A stretch of 54,815 nucleotides of DNA from Folioceros fuciformis (GCA_049999805.1 JBNGIO010005881.1:1-54815); one strand, 5' to 3'. Counted from the stretch's first letter, positions 24,201 through 37,424 are shown. Numbers and translations: made by a program. Notes: a model not told the origin generated them from the sequence alone.

Positions 24201-25479
24201 AGTCTGTCAGCTGCAAGTACAACTACTGACTCCTGTTCTTGTATTCTATTGATTATTCTCTGATTTCTAATCTCCCACTTTTTGAAAGCATATACAGAGC
24301 AAGAAGGACATGAATTTGGACTTCCAAACATACGATTCTTATTTGTTTTCTTGGCGTTCTTACAGGCTACACCCCTAAGGACAGGGTTAGTAAGCAAGGC
24401 TGGCTTCAACAACATAAGAAGTTTGAAATCCAATGACCTATCTGCTCTTGTAAGTCTCTCAAGTCTACACTAGTAGCAGACACCTTTTGTGTAATGCTGC
24501 TAAAACGTGTATCCACATGTTGCTGATGTGATTCAATTTTGTTCACTAATTGTGCAACACTGGCAGGTGGTGATACATGTGTTGTTAGAAAGCCTCTGTG
24601 GTGACCATTCCCATCAAAAGCCCTCTGAACACGCACGTTTGGGAGATTATCAGGGTTTCGAGGTGGAAGGGCAATACCAAGTGGCGCTGATCAGGATAGA
24701 GTGCTTCAATCAAGGTATTGAAGGATTCTCTTACTTCAAGAGCGAGCACAGGCTGATTTTGAGTTCTGGCAATTCATTCAGTTGTATGTTGATGAAGTTG
24801 CTTAGCAACTGTGTTTCTTGCAGCTTGTGCTCCTTGCCCCCTATGGCGATTCTGGTGTTGTGGAATTTGCTCAGCAGGGCGAAGCTGCCACTGGTGCCTG
24901 TCCAGGCGATTGGCCATTCATCAGGCCAGATCTTGTGTTGTTAAATGTTTTCTTTTGACATTGTATTTTGTATAAAATGTTTCTGGCAATCTACCTACAG
25001 ATTAGGTAGTTGTCCTAGCACATTTCTTCTGAAATTGCTCAAATAGCAATTCAGGAAAGACGCGTCGGGATCACTTCCTTAATTTGCCAGGAATTGCATC
25101 AATTTCTTTATAAATATACAACACAAATTATATTCTTTAAGTTTTTGGTTTCTTGATCAAGAAAATATTTTTCTAGATAAAAAAACTATATTAAATACAT
25201 TTTTTTAAATGCATTTTACAAAATATGCATTAATCAAAATGCAACCTGCATATTTTGCTCCGATACCATTTTTGAATAAATAGAAAATGCAGATTAATAA
25301 CAATATTAATTGTATTACATTGTATCACTCTATATGTAAAGAATACACACACTAATTAAAGTTCGTAATCGTTTAAGTAGAAACCAAAAGCCACGCTTTT
25401 ACGAAAAGACGTAACCCTAATGAAACACTATGACCTTTTAAAATAACTTAACAAATTAACCCTAATCATGATTCCAACA
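21244..25479 (-). mobile_element. Ty1/copia element E, 3'-truncated at the start of RT
   Basis: 5' LTR about 25269-25479 (starts TGTTGG on the minus strand); PBS tggtatcggagc at 25257-25268; Gag from 24061 (KEKDRFGG); CNWCKLPGHWEREC; integrase WHSRLGH, RSDNGGEF, HQNGAVER. Confidence 0.92.
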
Positions 25480-26393
25480 GATCTATTCCTTTAGTGAGGA
25501 ACCAGTCCTGGAATAGGTCAAAGGTTTCACTTGAAGGTGCATGGTGGATGTGCAGGCATAACACAAGTAATCATGTGTGACACATGGGTAATAGAGGGCA
25601 CCACCAATAGATGGCACTTGTATCTTGCCTGATATATTAGCATGTACGAGCTCAAGGACATCCTTTGCCCTGTATGACGGTACATGGGGAAAAGGGTGCT
25701 ACTTGTGATGGGCTATAATGCAAGCCTTACAAGAAGAGAGATCTACAAAATAGCGAGGTAAAGGTTCCTTATGACATTCATGTAGAGACATATATACCAA
25801 TTTGTGTTTGTTTACGTGACATAGCCGAGCATGCTAGAGGATTGCTAACTTTTGTGTGTGTGCGGATGCCATGCCAGCCACTTGCTTATGTGTAAAGACA
25901 TCAAGCCTATAGAGATCATTTTCAAGAACTCCACAAAAGACATCGGGTCTATGTTTCTAAAGAATAAACAAGTATCCTCTGTAGCCTTCATGTGGTAAGT
26001 CCTCAATTGCATTGACTTTCTTAGAGACATCAAATTCTTAGCCATAGATGGCACATAAAACACATCTTGCAAGGTCAGAATGGATCCATCATGAAGACTG
26101 AATTTACGGATACCTTGTCCTTGTATTTGCAAACTCAATTTGTTTTGCTCACCACCCAATACTACCACGATTAGTGAGGATTGGCGTGAATCGAGGATAT
26201 AGAACTGATCTTTGTCTTTGCATATGTGCAAGGTTACATCGGAGTCAAGATACCAACTACCCTCTTTGTGCACAAAACGGGCAAGGCAAACAATGAGGAT
26301 AATCATTGTTGGTTTAGTGTCACTTGACTGTTTGTCCTCGATAACAACATTCGTAGTGCTTTTGGTAGCATGTTGAGGTTCTTCAGCTTTCAA
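25480..26393 (-). mobile_element. Ty1/copia fragment F (protease to integrase), B/C family; cut by the LTR of E
   Basis: WYLDSDVTLHICKDKDQFY...GEQNKLSLQIQG aligns with WYLDSGATAHICNDKAQFY...DEQNQTSLPIQ of B. Confidence 0.85.
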
Positions 26394-27262
26394 ATAGATA
26401 CTTAGATGGGATCCTTGGAGGGAAGGAGCTTAGTTTAGTACTTAGATATGATTTGTGAAGGGAAGAATCTTAGATAGGTACTTAGATAGAATGGGATCCT
26501 TAAAGAGAAGAAGCTCAAATCGATAGGTAGGTGGGATCCATGCCCTTACCATGGTACAAGTTGTTAAGTAAATGTGGACATTTGTCTTTAGAGTCATCTG
26601 AAGAATTCTTTTACGATCCTCTATAGACAGAATTTTCTTTAGCTCAAGCAAGATTCAATGAAAAAAAAATCATAATTATGCAAAAAATATACATATTATA
26701 ATTTTTGTAAAAAGTTATGTTAAATATTAAATATTATGTTAAATTTATTATGAAAGAATATATATATTATTCTAGTAACAAACCAAGTCAAGGATGTACA
26801 AACTTGTCACTTTTTTTCATAGACCACAAGGCACCCAAAAATGAGTCAATTGGAAATGGTCTAAATAAGCAAATTATTTCTAGTTTAATTAGGGTTTAGG
26901 GTTTCTAAAACCCGTAGACAATATATTATACGATGTATGTTCACCCTTCTCTTGAAGTTGAAGGCTAACGTGCTCTCTTATAACTCTTGATTACACTTAA
27001 TCTCATAGATGATTGTAGAAGGAAATAATGCTTTGGGCATTGAAGATAGAACCATACATCTACATGAAGGCACAAGAAAAAGGAAGCTACTTGGATAAAA
27101 TGTTCTTGTCATATAACACATGATATTAAGCAACACATGTATAAGCCCACTTTTTTTCTGTAAAAAATACATATAAATCTTCTATATTTATAGTGCAACA
27201 TAAATATCTTTTAATGCTACCAAGCTTTACGCTTTTTCTTTCTTTCTATCTCCTTTTCACCT

Positions 27263-30200
27263 TTAATTGTCAAACCTACCTTTCATCACATGTTGTCGTA
27301 ATCCTGGCACATGAATAGTGAATAAATAGTGGTACCAATCAATGTTGCGCACATCAAAGCAGAATTTAACTTGTTCCTCTGGAGATAGCTCATTGTAAAG
27401 GTTCAAACTGTTGGTGATATCAAATCTGCCCAGGCACCAATTACTAACTTAGAAACTTTGGAACAACAAAGCTTAGCATATCACGAAGTGAAAATCCACA
27501 GAGCGGCTGCGCTTCTCTCACCTTCCTTGGTAAAAAGTATACGGCTCATAAAGAGCAGCCAAGTGCTCAAACTTCTCCGACGACTTTTTGAATCTCCCAA
27601 GGCGATACAAGTACGTCTCTCGCTTCTTGGCAGATGCTAGCGACCCCAAAATTTCAACCCACTTTTTCCAGATGTACCTCAGCTGGGAACATGGTTACGA
27701 CGGTCTTAGTTCAAGGGAGAGAGCAGAGCTACAAAGGATATTGGACCAGTGCGCTGTCAGCGCTGAAAGGGTGCAGAAGAAACTCCTAAAGGTTCCGTCT
27801 CAATTAAGTTTTGTGTGTTACCTGAAGTGGCAAAGTGAAATTGAGATAGAGGAATATCTTGAACAACATGAGGTTGGGAATGAAGTGTATTGGCCTGATC
27901 TTCACCTTGGCCCCGTCACTGGTGAGTAGAGGATCCTTGGTAAAATATTCATACAGAATGTTGGCAAGTCGGCCCAAACTCAATGGATTGACGACGGATG
28001 ATGCCACTTGATAAATTGCCAGCCCAGGTTGACGGCTGTGCTTCACCATTGCTGCAAGGATTGCGTTTACAACCATATCGCAAGGGACCTGCAGGCATAA
28101 CGCTTTAATGCGATCGACAGATTCAGAACTTCCATGAGTTCGGAGAGAAAGCACGTACCACATCCAAAACGGCCTCGCGCTGAGCAAGAAAGCCTTTCAG
28201 CTGGCCTTTGCCGTAACCTGTGATAACTGGATCCATCATTCTGTGGAGACATGACAGAGAAAAGAATTGTGTGATCCAGGCCGGTGGCTTCGCAGAATCA
28301 CGCTCGTCACTCAAAAGGGGTGTTGTCTTTGTGTAAATGAACGGGTTCCGAGGGACGCCCTAGTTAGAAGTACTCACCGATGCCCTTCCATCCAGCCTGG
28401 GAATGGTTCAGAAAGAGTGCTCTCCACAACACTTGGCCGAATTATAGCAACTGGGATACTACCTCGCCCCTGATCTATGAGCATTTCACCCATGGCCTTG
28501 GTGAACACGTATGTGTCCTGCCACCCAAAAGTCCTGGCTCTGCATGGTACATGGATACGAGGACTGCAAGTTAACACTGCACTGACATTTCTATACAGTC
28601 AGGCCTATGCCTACGATATGGTTGCAGGTGCACAAAAGTTCAGGGAGTACTCACCTTTCCAGCCCTAAATCTGTCATCACTTTCGTCATGACAGTCTCAC
28701 TCTCGGCATATTGCAGGTCATCAAGGAATCTGTTTGCATCCTCAAGTTCCTTTTCAAGATCAAGCGCGGGAGCATCGTCTCCAAATTTCTCCTTGGCAAT
28801 ACTATCCCCCATCCTAAAGGGCATTTCAGGCGTTCTACCTTGCCTGGTGCCGTTGACGAATGCTGCGGGATGAACCCAGCGTTGTTCGTAAGCCCTTGAA
28901 GCTGTAAATCGATCCTTGGCATTTCGCCATGTTCTTCTGTTCATAACTACAAACTCAGGTACGAGGGGGAGGAGCTGGGAATGTTCACCTGTAGAAACAT
29001 GCAGAAACATTTGTAGGCGTGCGCAGCGTTTTCCAAATTCAAGAACTCTATTTGGTCCGAGGGTATTGATGTTCAAGGCTGTGTCGTATCTGCATGCAAG
29101 GAGTGTAGTTGGTTCAATTTCAATCTTCACCAAATGTCACAACAATCTCTCAAAGTTAGGATGGATTTCAGCAGCTGGAACGGTGGCGAAGACTTGAGAT
29201 ATCACCGTGCATCGAAGTTGGTATTGGCTGCAGAGTTGACGATTATATCCACCTTGGCCGAGACCTGAGTGGCCAGGCTTTGGTCCATCCCAAGGCCCCT
29301 GCTAGTGATGTTGCCAGGTACGAGCGTGAGCTTGCTTTCCATGAATTCCTGGAAGCCGTCGCCGTGTCTTTTCCGTAGCACCTCAAACAGCCCCGAATTT
29401 ATGACCTTGAGTAGCAGAAGTTTCATAGAGCGAGAGTGAGTTTCATGAATAATGTAGCCCCATGTGGAATGAAGTGGCTGTCATGCGCGTACCGTCGGCT
29501 AGCTACAGCAAATTAATGTTGAGAGAGGAGGAGAAAGAGGTGCAACACAAATTATCGCACTCACATCATCTTGCAACCTCTGTTCAGGCTTCTTGTTGCG
29601 AGGCTGGATGAGCAGGTATAGCTGTCCGACATCTGGCTGCTCCCTCAGGATTTTCTCCACAAGCACTGTGATCAAGACCGAGAAGGAAAGGAAGAAAGTA
29701 AGCATACATACATGCCTTTCGTCTATTGTCAGCGTTTTGATTTATCTATTGTAATACAGTAGGCACTCTAGTTGGGGATGGCTGCCGCCAAAACACACAA
29801 CACATTGAGGGACCGACCTTTGGCAAGGAACCCAGTGGCACCAGTGACAAAAATATGTTTGCCTTTGAGAAAGGTGACGATGCCCAACCCGGCCTTGGTT
29901 TGAGAAACATCTCTTGACAGCATGTCGGCTTCAGAGAAGTGAGGCAGTCTATGGCCAACGCGCAACAATTGGATCGCCCCGTTTTCCACATCAGGTGCCG
30001 GTAGAGGCGTTCCGAGCGCTGCATCTCGTTTCAAGGCGGTCGCCTGACGAGGGGAGGTGATGCGGGCGCCGCCGCTGCCCTTGCCCTCCTCTTCTCTGGT
30101 ACCACCTGTGCCAGCAGCGCTGATAGCGCCACTACTATTTGTACCAACTTCAGCCTGAGGCGCACTCAACTTCCGGTGTTGCAAGCGCCGAGCGTGAACG

Positions 30201-30343
30201 GGACGCTGCTGCATCCAGCCGGGCCGGGCCCAGGCGCAATAATTTCCAGGCAACGCAACTGCAACTTTGCACTTGCGTCTGACGTGGATCGGGTCAGTAG
30301 ATGGCAATGTCACCACCAGAGTGTTGTGGAACACTTCATCCAT
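27263..30343 (-). CDS. FAR2: Fatty acyl-CoA/ACP reductase, MS2/FAR2-like, 10 exons, long N-terminal extension (putative plastid transit peptide)
   Basis: Exons (-): 30343-29818, 29665-29565, 29405-29206, 29089-28989, 28862-28655, 28539-28378, 28240-28159, 28088-27822, 27682-27522, 27425-27263, all GT-AG and in phase. Motifs [42 protein letters not shown] (YxxxK), LYEPYTFY...FDVRNIDW...HVPGL. Confidence 0.93.
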
Positions 30344-32047
30344 GACTGCTGATGAACTCAGCTGGCTGGGCCGGGGCCTCGATCGACCAACTGCCTAAGC
30401 TTGTGAACAAAGAATTGTGTTGAATCCGAAATGTGAAGGAACAGATGCTGCAAGATAGCGACTCTCAGAGTTAGGATCCCTCTGGCCTGATAGATGCTTC
30501 CCACAGGATATCAGGCTTGTCTGCAATGTGGAAACCAATATCAGAAGAGTATGGATCGTCAGAGTAAAAAAGGTAACGATGCTAGCTTCTAAGGGCGTGG
30601 CGGCATGCCAGGATTTGGTTTTACACTTACAAGTAAGGCGCCAGACGAACGCTCAATGTTCACCACTTCTCCCGGAGAGGTATGGCTAGCACTGTCCACG
30701 CCTGCTGGAGCTAGCCTTGACCTCCCTACAGGCTATCGTGCCTATGTGCACGCCACGCCTACAATGTGGACTGGCTTTTAGTGTGGGTGGCAACTTGGTC
30801 GCAGCAATACATGTTGTTTGTACACGCAGCTGCTGCTGCTGGTGCACAGCTACACCAGACCAAGGACGGATTTTCCCATGACGGAGAAATCCGTCCTTAG
30901 TGTCCTTAAATAGACGCAGACTACAGCTATGCAGGCCTGCCAAGGTTGCCGCCACAACAAGAGTATGGAGTCAAGTAACTAGACGATGTTAAACAAGAAC
31001 CAAGAAAGTCATGCGAGGCTCTGTGAGCTGAGCTCGGGCAGTGATGGCGGGAGCAGCCTGGGATGTATCATATATATGGTACTACTAGCTACCTTCTCAG
31101 GAGGAGGGGTTCGAATTCCTGGGGTAGCCTGCGAAGCCCGTTGCCATTGGACGGCCGTGATGAACTCTCATACATCATCCCACATACCGTGGACGGCACT
31201 GGCCCGTCGGATAGACCTCCTCCAGAACAAAGCTACGCAGATTCATCACGTTAGCTCCACTGAACTCTACAGGCGTCCGTCAGCATCAGAAGGCGCTTAA
31301 AGGCGAACAAGGGGGCCGCTCCGCAGGCACGACGTCGAATTCATCAACTTGGTAGTGTACAGCGGCAAGTTGAGAGAGAAAGAGTCATGTGCCTGCCTTG
31401 ACATGAATGAAAAGGTGGCCACTCCCACTTTCCTTTTGTTAGGTTGAGGGAGCCGTGGTGATGACAGCTACATCTACCTGAATGTTCTTCCGTGTACATG
31501 AGGGGAGCGATAAAAGACGCAGACCTGGCCCGGAGGACGACATGCAATTCCACTTCGAAGTCCAGTCAGTATCAAGAGGAAGTGGCTCAGCGGACGCAAG
31601 ACAGGCAGCCAGGAGCAGCTAGACCTGCTCCCCCGCTCCTCACCAATTCCTCACCAAGTTAATACTGGCCGCTAACCATGCTACCCTCACCGCCCGCCAC
31701 AGTGTGATTACATGTCCTTCTCCACCAGTCATTCTCGTGAAAGAAAGTGTTGATGGTTGAGGTTAGCTAGCCGGTGGCGACAACCCCAGACCCCAGACAC
31801 TGGCCGGAGACAGCTCATCTTACTACGGGCACAGACATGAGACCAGTGTTATCTCTCTTCTCAAGGGCAACCTTCGTCTGGCCCCACTTGTGCGACGTCA
31901 GTGTATCCAGACGCTCACAGAGTGGATCCTAGCAACGCACTGGCTTTATCTCTCGTATCATATTGTCCGCTTCCACTAACCTAACCTCCATTCCTGAATG
32001 CAAGGCTGCCGGAGCGTCGATGCCCTGGGCCTCTATGCCCTACAGAT

Positions 32048-33630
32048 CTAACCCACTGGCCCGATTGCAAGCGCTCTGGCACCCTCGCGCAGAGGTGTGT
32101 CTTCGCACAGCGGCACTGTTCTCCAAAACTTGAAACGTGATAGAGGCTCCTCCACCAAACCGTTGTCTCCTTCTGTTACCCACGTCAACACGACCGCAGG
32201 GAATGAGACAATCTACACATGGAGCCTGACGCTGTAAACGGAACGACTTTTTCTACCCACCTTCGCCTCCCCGCTCCACGCAAATGGAGGCATAAACATC
32301 TACACTTGGCTCAAACAGCACCAACTGCCATGGCGATGGCAATCCTGATGAAGCACTCCTCAACGCCGAATCGTGCACATCCAAAACAATTTCTTGAGCC
32401 TGCCACAACACTGTTTTTCTTCACGTGTTTCGCTAGAAACCTGAAAGCAGACATCACACACCCTATCCCATATTACCTCCCCACCCCACCCCCGTACCTC
32501 TGCATGAACGCCAATTCCCGTTGCCCTCTCCAATTGCTCACATGCAACCTGTGAGGATTTTAGCCAAACACTAAACCCTTGAAGAGGTGTGGCACTTATG
32601 CCTCTCCCTACAGCTTTCACGTACGCTTCCTGTTCCACAAACTACCCTTGTCATCACAGGAATTGTGGAAAGCCAAGGACCAGAACAAGCAAGAGCATCG
32701 ACTCGCAACTTTGAGCGTCCACAGCTGGAGAAAAGAGAGCCGCCGCTCCTCAGAATCGCACATCTTTTCAAGCCATCCAGCTTCCGCTCTGGAAAACTTC
32801 CGCCGGGCAAACGTCATCAAGTCTGTTGACAATGCCCTGCCCTTATGCTCTACGTCCACCCCGATCTGCAACAGCCGTGGGCATATGTATCATTCCCCGT
32901 GCAAACCGTACAGTAGCCCAGAACAAAGGGCGGGAGCAGCTTGAACATTACAGCAGAATCCACTGTCACAGCACACGCAACCAAAGACCGAGTGTGGGAT
33001 AGATTAAAGCGCAACGGCGACGCACTCCGACCACCCCAGCCCGCTGTTGTTGATCCCACAGGCCATACGACCTGCCAAAAATGCAGACCACAACGTACGC
33101 TTATGCATATGAAGTACGTCACGGCCACAAACAAAGCTTCCAGGGCGATCCAGACAGTCATGTACACCTCGGGCTTCCCATACTTGTTCTTGACAAACTT
33201 GAGCGAAGCAGGATCCACAGAACCACCCGTATCTGCTGCAACCAGCGTCTCAGACCCAGGACAAAGAAAACCAGCACTAAAAACGCCCTGGAACACATAC
33301 ATACATCTGGCAATAGTCGTGCGCACGAGCATGCGAGCCAGCAGGTGCTCTTTCCGTGACTTGGCGGTGGGTGCTTCTGTCAATTGCTCCTGCTCCTGGG
33401 GACTAAGAAATTCTTCATACGCTTTCAGTAGGTTTGCATCGTGGACTTGGTCTGAGAAGACACACCAGAAATGCACCTCCCTGTTGCAAACAATGCATCA
33501 AATCACGACAAACGCGAGTGGTAAGTGCATCCACAAGCACCAAAGTCAGCGCCGTGTTCCAGGGGCTACCCTACCGCGGGATAGGAGGTGGACGGATTAA
33601 ATGCGAACCCCAAAGAGGACGCGGCTGCAT
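32048..33630 (-). CDS. 4'-phosphopantetheinyl transferase (Sfp/AASDHPPT type), 8 exons
   Basis: Exons (-): 33630-33575, 33480-33305, 33232-33168, 33071-32952, 32865-32710, 32629-32549, 32399-32261, 32172-32048. Motifs NKYGKPE, FNLSHT, IGVDVE, LWTLKEAYVKAVGRG, WRTVP. Confidence 0.9.
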
Positions 33631-34184
33631 GGCTCACAAGGGTAGCAGAGAAGGGCAGAACGGGAACCCACACGTTGTATGAAATGCAGTTAGCCGTGCT
33701 GTGACTATACATGCGATTTTTTGTGCTACCATCTATGGAGGAAAGCGTTCAATTGGCATTTGGCCGAGAACCAAGCCATGATAAAAGTGCCACCAATGTG
33801 GTATCCAATCAAGGAACCACATACTAATCCCGCCAGTGCTTGAGCGGGTGATTGGATGAGAAAGCTGGAACGTTCTCAAAGTGCCTTGTTCTCAGGACGC
33901 GGCTGCATAGCTCACCACAGGGTAGCTTTGAAGGGCAGAGCGGGCACTCACACGCTGTGTGAGCTGCCGTTGGTAGTGCCGTGACTGTTTTAAGTGCCAT
34001 TTTTTATGCTACCATCTGTGGAGGAAGAAGGCGTTCCATCCGCTTTTGGCCGAGGATCATTCCATGATAAATGTACCTACACTGAGGAATCAAATCGAAG
34101 AACCACAAGCTCATCCCGCCATCGGTCGAGCGGGTGGTTATATGAGAAGGCTGCAACGTTCTCAAAGTGCCTTGTTCGCAGGAC
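33616..34184. repeat. Diverged tandem duplication (2 x about 280-290 bp) filling the AIP1-PPTase intergenic space
   Basis: Both copies run ggacgcggctgcat...gctaccatct...atcccgcca...gagcgggt...aacgttctcaaagtgccttgttc (starts about 33616 and 33894). Confidence 0.9.
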
Positions 34185-34245
34185 TCTCAGGACTGGAGCA
34201 TGGTGAAATAAAAGGGGGACCGGGCCTAGCTGTAACCTTAGGTTC

Positions 34246-36700
34246 TCAGGGAGTCTGTCCTCTGGGATGCACGTCCGAGGCTAGTGGCAAATTCCACACA
34301 CGCACACAAGCATCGCCTCCGCCACTGAGAAGAGTAAGAGTGTCACGGAAAACCAATCCTGTCACTCCACCTAAATGGGCTCCTTTGATGGAAATTCGCG
34401 CTGATGCGGGCTTGGTCACATCATAAACGAAGACGTTAGAATCCACAGATCCTGTCGCCACTCTGGTGCTATCTGGCGCCCAGGCGATAGACGTGACTCT
34501 TGCATTGTGGTACAGCATATTCTTCACCTTCACCTGCAACACGTCCAGTTCTCACACCATAACGCACCACACCGTGACTTTGTGAAAGTAATCGAGCCTA
34601 CCTTGACGACACATGAGATGACCTACCTGCTTCAACTCATAATCCCAAACCAGAACCTCCCGGTTCTGATCACCTGAAGCTATTAGACACCCATCGGGAG
34701 AGAACCGGACTGCGGTTAATGGCCCACGATGCCTCTCAAGAGTTGCATACCGTCGCACAGAATCACCTTGAATCTTGAATAGGTAGATCTTTGCGTCTTC
34801 TCCACCGACGACAGCCTCTAAGCCATCGGAAGACAAGCAACCACAAGTCGCACGAAATTCAACAGCCGTCCTGGATGCAACAGTCGTGTTTCGAAGAAGA
34901 ATAAGTTCTTCTTCAACGGTTACGAGGATCACTTCTCCGTCTCCCTCCACCGTACCAAAAGCAGAAGTCGCATGGATGTCTCTGGGTTGAGCGCCGAGAT
35001 CGATGGACACATTTTCAACATATTCTTGTCCATGCAACACAAACCTCCGAAGCTGTCATCGACATCAAAACCGACTCTTAGTATGGGATCCAGAAAGTGG
35101 AAAGCGGAATAGTCATTTCCCAACACAGTATGGTGGGAACTCTTGTTGAATTCAATCTTCACCTTATTGTCAGGTCCACCCACCAATAGTCCACTTGCAG
35201 TAGCCACCATCAAAGCAGCTGAGCTTACTTTCCCCTTCCAACTCAGGCGACCAACAAAACCCGTGCCCAGCCTCCATCTCACAATTATGCCGTCATAGCT
35301 GCTAGATACATACTCACCGTCCGCGGCAGAGACCAGACAGGTCACGCCTTTTACATGACCTGAGAGTATCTTCCTGGGTATAGCCTGGCCTGCAGGAGGT
35401 AAGTAAGTGATGACTCCACTGAGGGAGAAGGAAACACGAGCATCCCCTAGCCAGAGACAGCCAACTTGCATGTCTTCAGCAGTATCCCCAAACGAGAAAG
35501 AGGTGTTCACCGTTCCAACTCCAAGAGCAGAGATATCCCAAATCTTTGCGGTTCTATCTCCTGAAACTGTAAGCACCTGGAGAATGAAGAAGCCAGGATA
35601 TGAGGGAGCTCACAAGGGGAAAAGCAAAGGCACCACAGAAAACATCCAGAGAACATGAGATGCATCACGACAACTGGAAAAGGTGCAGGATAAGGCCACA
35701 CCTGCTTGCTGTCCGGGCTCCAGCTAACGGCATACACGCTGCCCGCATGGGTGTCATCCCCTGAAAGTTGTCCCAGTTGCTCTCCTGTGCGTCCGTCGTA
35801 GATAAGGCCCTTTTTGTCAGAGCTCACAGAGATGAATTTGGTTCCATCGGGGGAATACCTCACACAGTTTACAAAGTTGGAGTGTTGTCTGCTAAAAAGG
35901 TACGGCCAGCAAGATAAGGAACGCGTATAACAGGCAGTTGGAGAAAGGCAGGACGCAATAGGGGAATCGGGCAGGTGCTAACCAACGTGCCTGTGAGATG
36001 TCTTGAAACGGAAAGGTGGCCCGTCGTAGATGTTCACCAGAAAGTCTTCCCCACCGGTAACAATCCGGAAGGGCCGATTTGGCTTAAAGGTGCAGCTAAG
36101 GACTCGCTTGGAGTGGCCATCAAATTCTCCCACAGGAGCGCCGGAATCCCACCTGGAGCACGTGTTGTTACAGGAAGGAGGCAGCAGAAGCAGAAAGAAA
36201 AGTGACTGAGAAACCCAAAAATCTTACATGAAGGCCTTGACGTAGGTGCCCTTGCCCTCACCGCAGACCACGATGCGCTCTCCATCTGACGACCAATCAA
36301 GATCATCGATCCGGCCTGCAATGGATCTAGTCTCAAACTTGAGCACGTGAGGAGGGCCTCTGGACCAGATCCGGATCGTTCCTGCGAAAATTTTACACCA
36401 TGTGTGAAACAAAGATGGGGTGAGTTCCGATCCAGATCGGGGAACTGGAGGCTTTGACAGAAGACCTGAAATATCTCCCGATGCCACCCACTGGCCGTTG
36501 GGAGAAAAGCGCGCTACGGTGACGGGGTAGGCATGCTCTCCGTAGATGTCCACCTTGAGAGGGTCGGAAAAGCTTCGGATGATGACGGATCGCCCATTAC
36601 AGTAGAGCATGGAGTTGGTGCTAGGGTCCCCAGCAAGTAGAATACCCTGCCCCCGCTCCGTGCTGGGTGCGCCGACGAATGTCTCCTGCAGCTTGGCCAT
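34246..36700 (-). CDS. AIP1: Actin-interacting protein 1 (WDR1/AIP1, WD40 repeats), 7 exons
   Basis: Exons (-): 36700-36466, 36381-36228, 36152-35991, 35888-35702, 35576-35163, 35052-34627, 34533-34246. [26 protein letters not shown]...[47 protein letters not shown]. Intron 3 is GC-AG. Confidence 0.95.
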
Positions 36701-37139
36701 GATGGCCCGCGCGACGATACCTGGCTGCAAAGATACAACAACCCCGAGCGTCTGCGGCTTCTGTTTTATGCTTCGCGAAAAAATGAATTTGGTGCTTTTC
36801 TTTTTCTTTCTTTTTATCGTAAACGCAACACTTTACTAAGACCACGAACTAGAGCACCAAGCCTAGAGCAAGTGAACAAAACAAGGGCGCGGATAGAGGC
36901 AGCAACTAGCTGCAACGAGGAGTAAGGTCTCCGAGGGTAAACGATTCTCAGCTGGATTGGACCTATTGGTAGTGTCGTGCTTTCCAGGATCTTACCTTTC
37001 AACAGAACTTTCACAACTAAAAACATTCACCATTTATCTATATATAAATATATATGTCTATGTTTATACTCATATAATCATGCATATGGGATGCAGTCCC
37101 TATATTGCTATATGCACATATTCTCGTGTCACTGCACTC

Positions 37140-37400
37140 AAGACGCCTCCCCTTGGGTGCTTCTCTCCGTCGTGCACGCCAAGGCTACTTATCATCCTTC
37201 CACTCTTTGGTGGCTCACTGCATACGAGATCGGCGAAAGAAACATTATCTTACATTGTTAGAAACATTATCTTACATTGTTCCTTCTCCCTCTGTATGAG
37301 CGGGTGATCACATGCAATTCATGATGCCTCCCCTTGGGTGCTTCCTCTCCATAGTGCATACCAAGGTTGCTGGTCATCCTTCCACTCTCTGGTGGTGTTG
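37140..37400. repeat. Diverged direct repeat (two copies of about 75 bp)
   Basis: gcctccccttgggtgctt...tcatccttccactct.tggtgg at about 37143 and 37325. Confidence 0.8.
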
Positions 37401-37424
37401 TGCTCAAGGAAGACCTGCTCGTTA

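Noticed and set aside
26880-26920. tagggtttagggttt with a small hairpin as an interstitial telomere or Helitron end
   Set aside because: Only two units, and no CTRR terminus or matching 5' end could be supported
30686-31553. Short ORFs between FAR and PPTase
   Set aside because: No recognisable motifs or splice-consistent structure; probably promoter and UTR sequence
32941-33600. 219-aa + strand ORF
   Set aside because: Antisense shadow of the PPTase exons and introns; no motifs
33616-34184. Duplicated unit as 7SL, U3 or telomerase RNA
   Set aside because: Size fits, but I could not find the diagnostic motifs; left as an unassigned duplication
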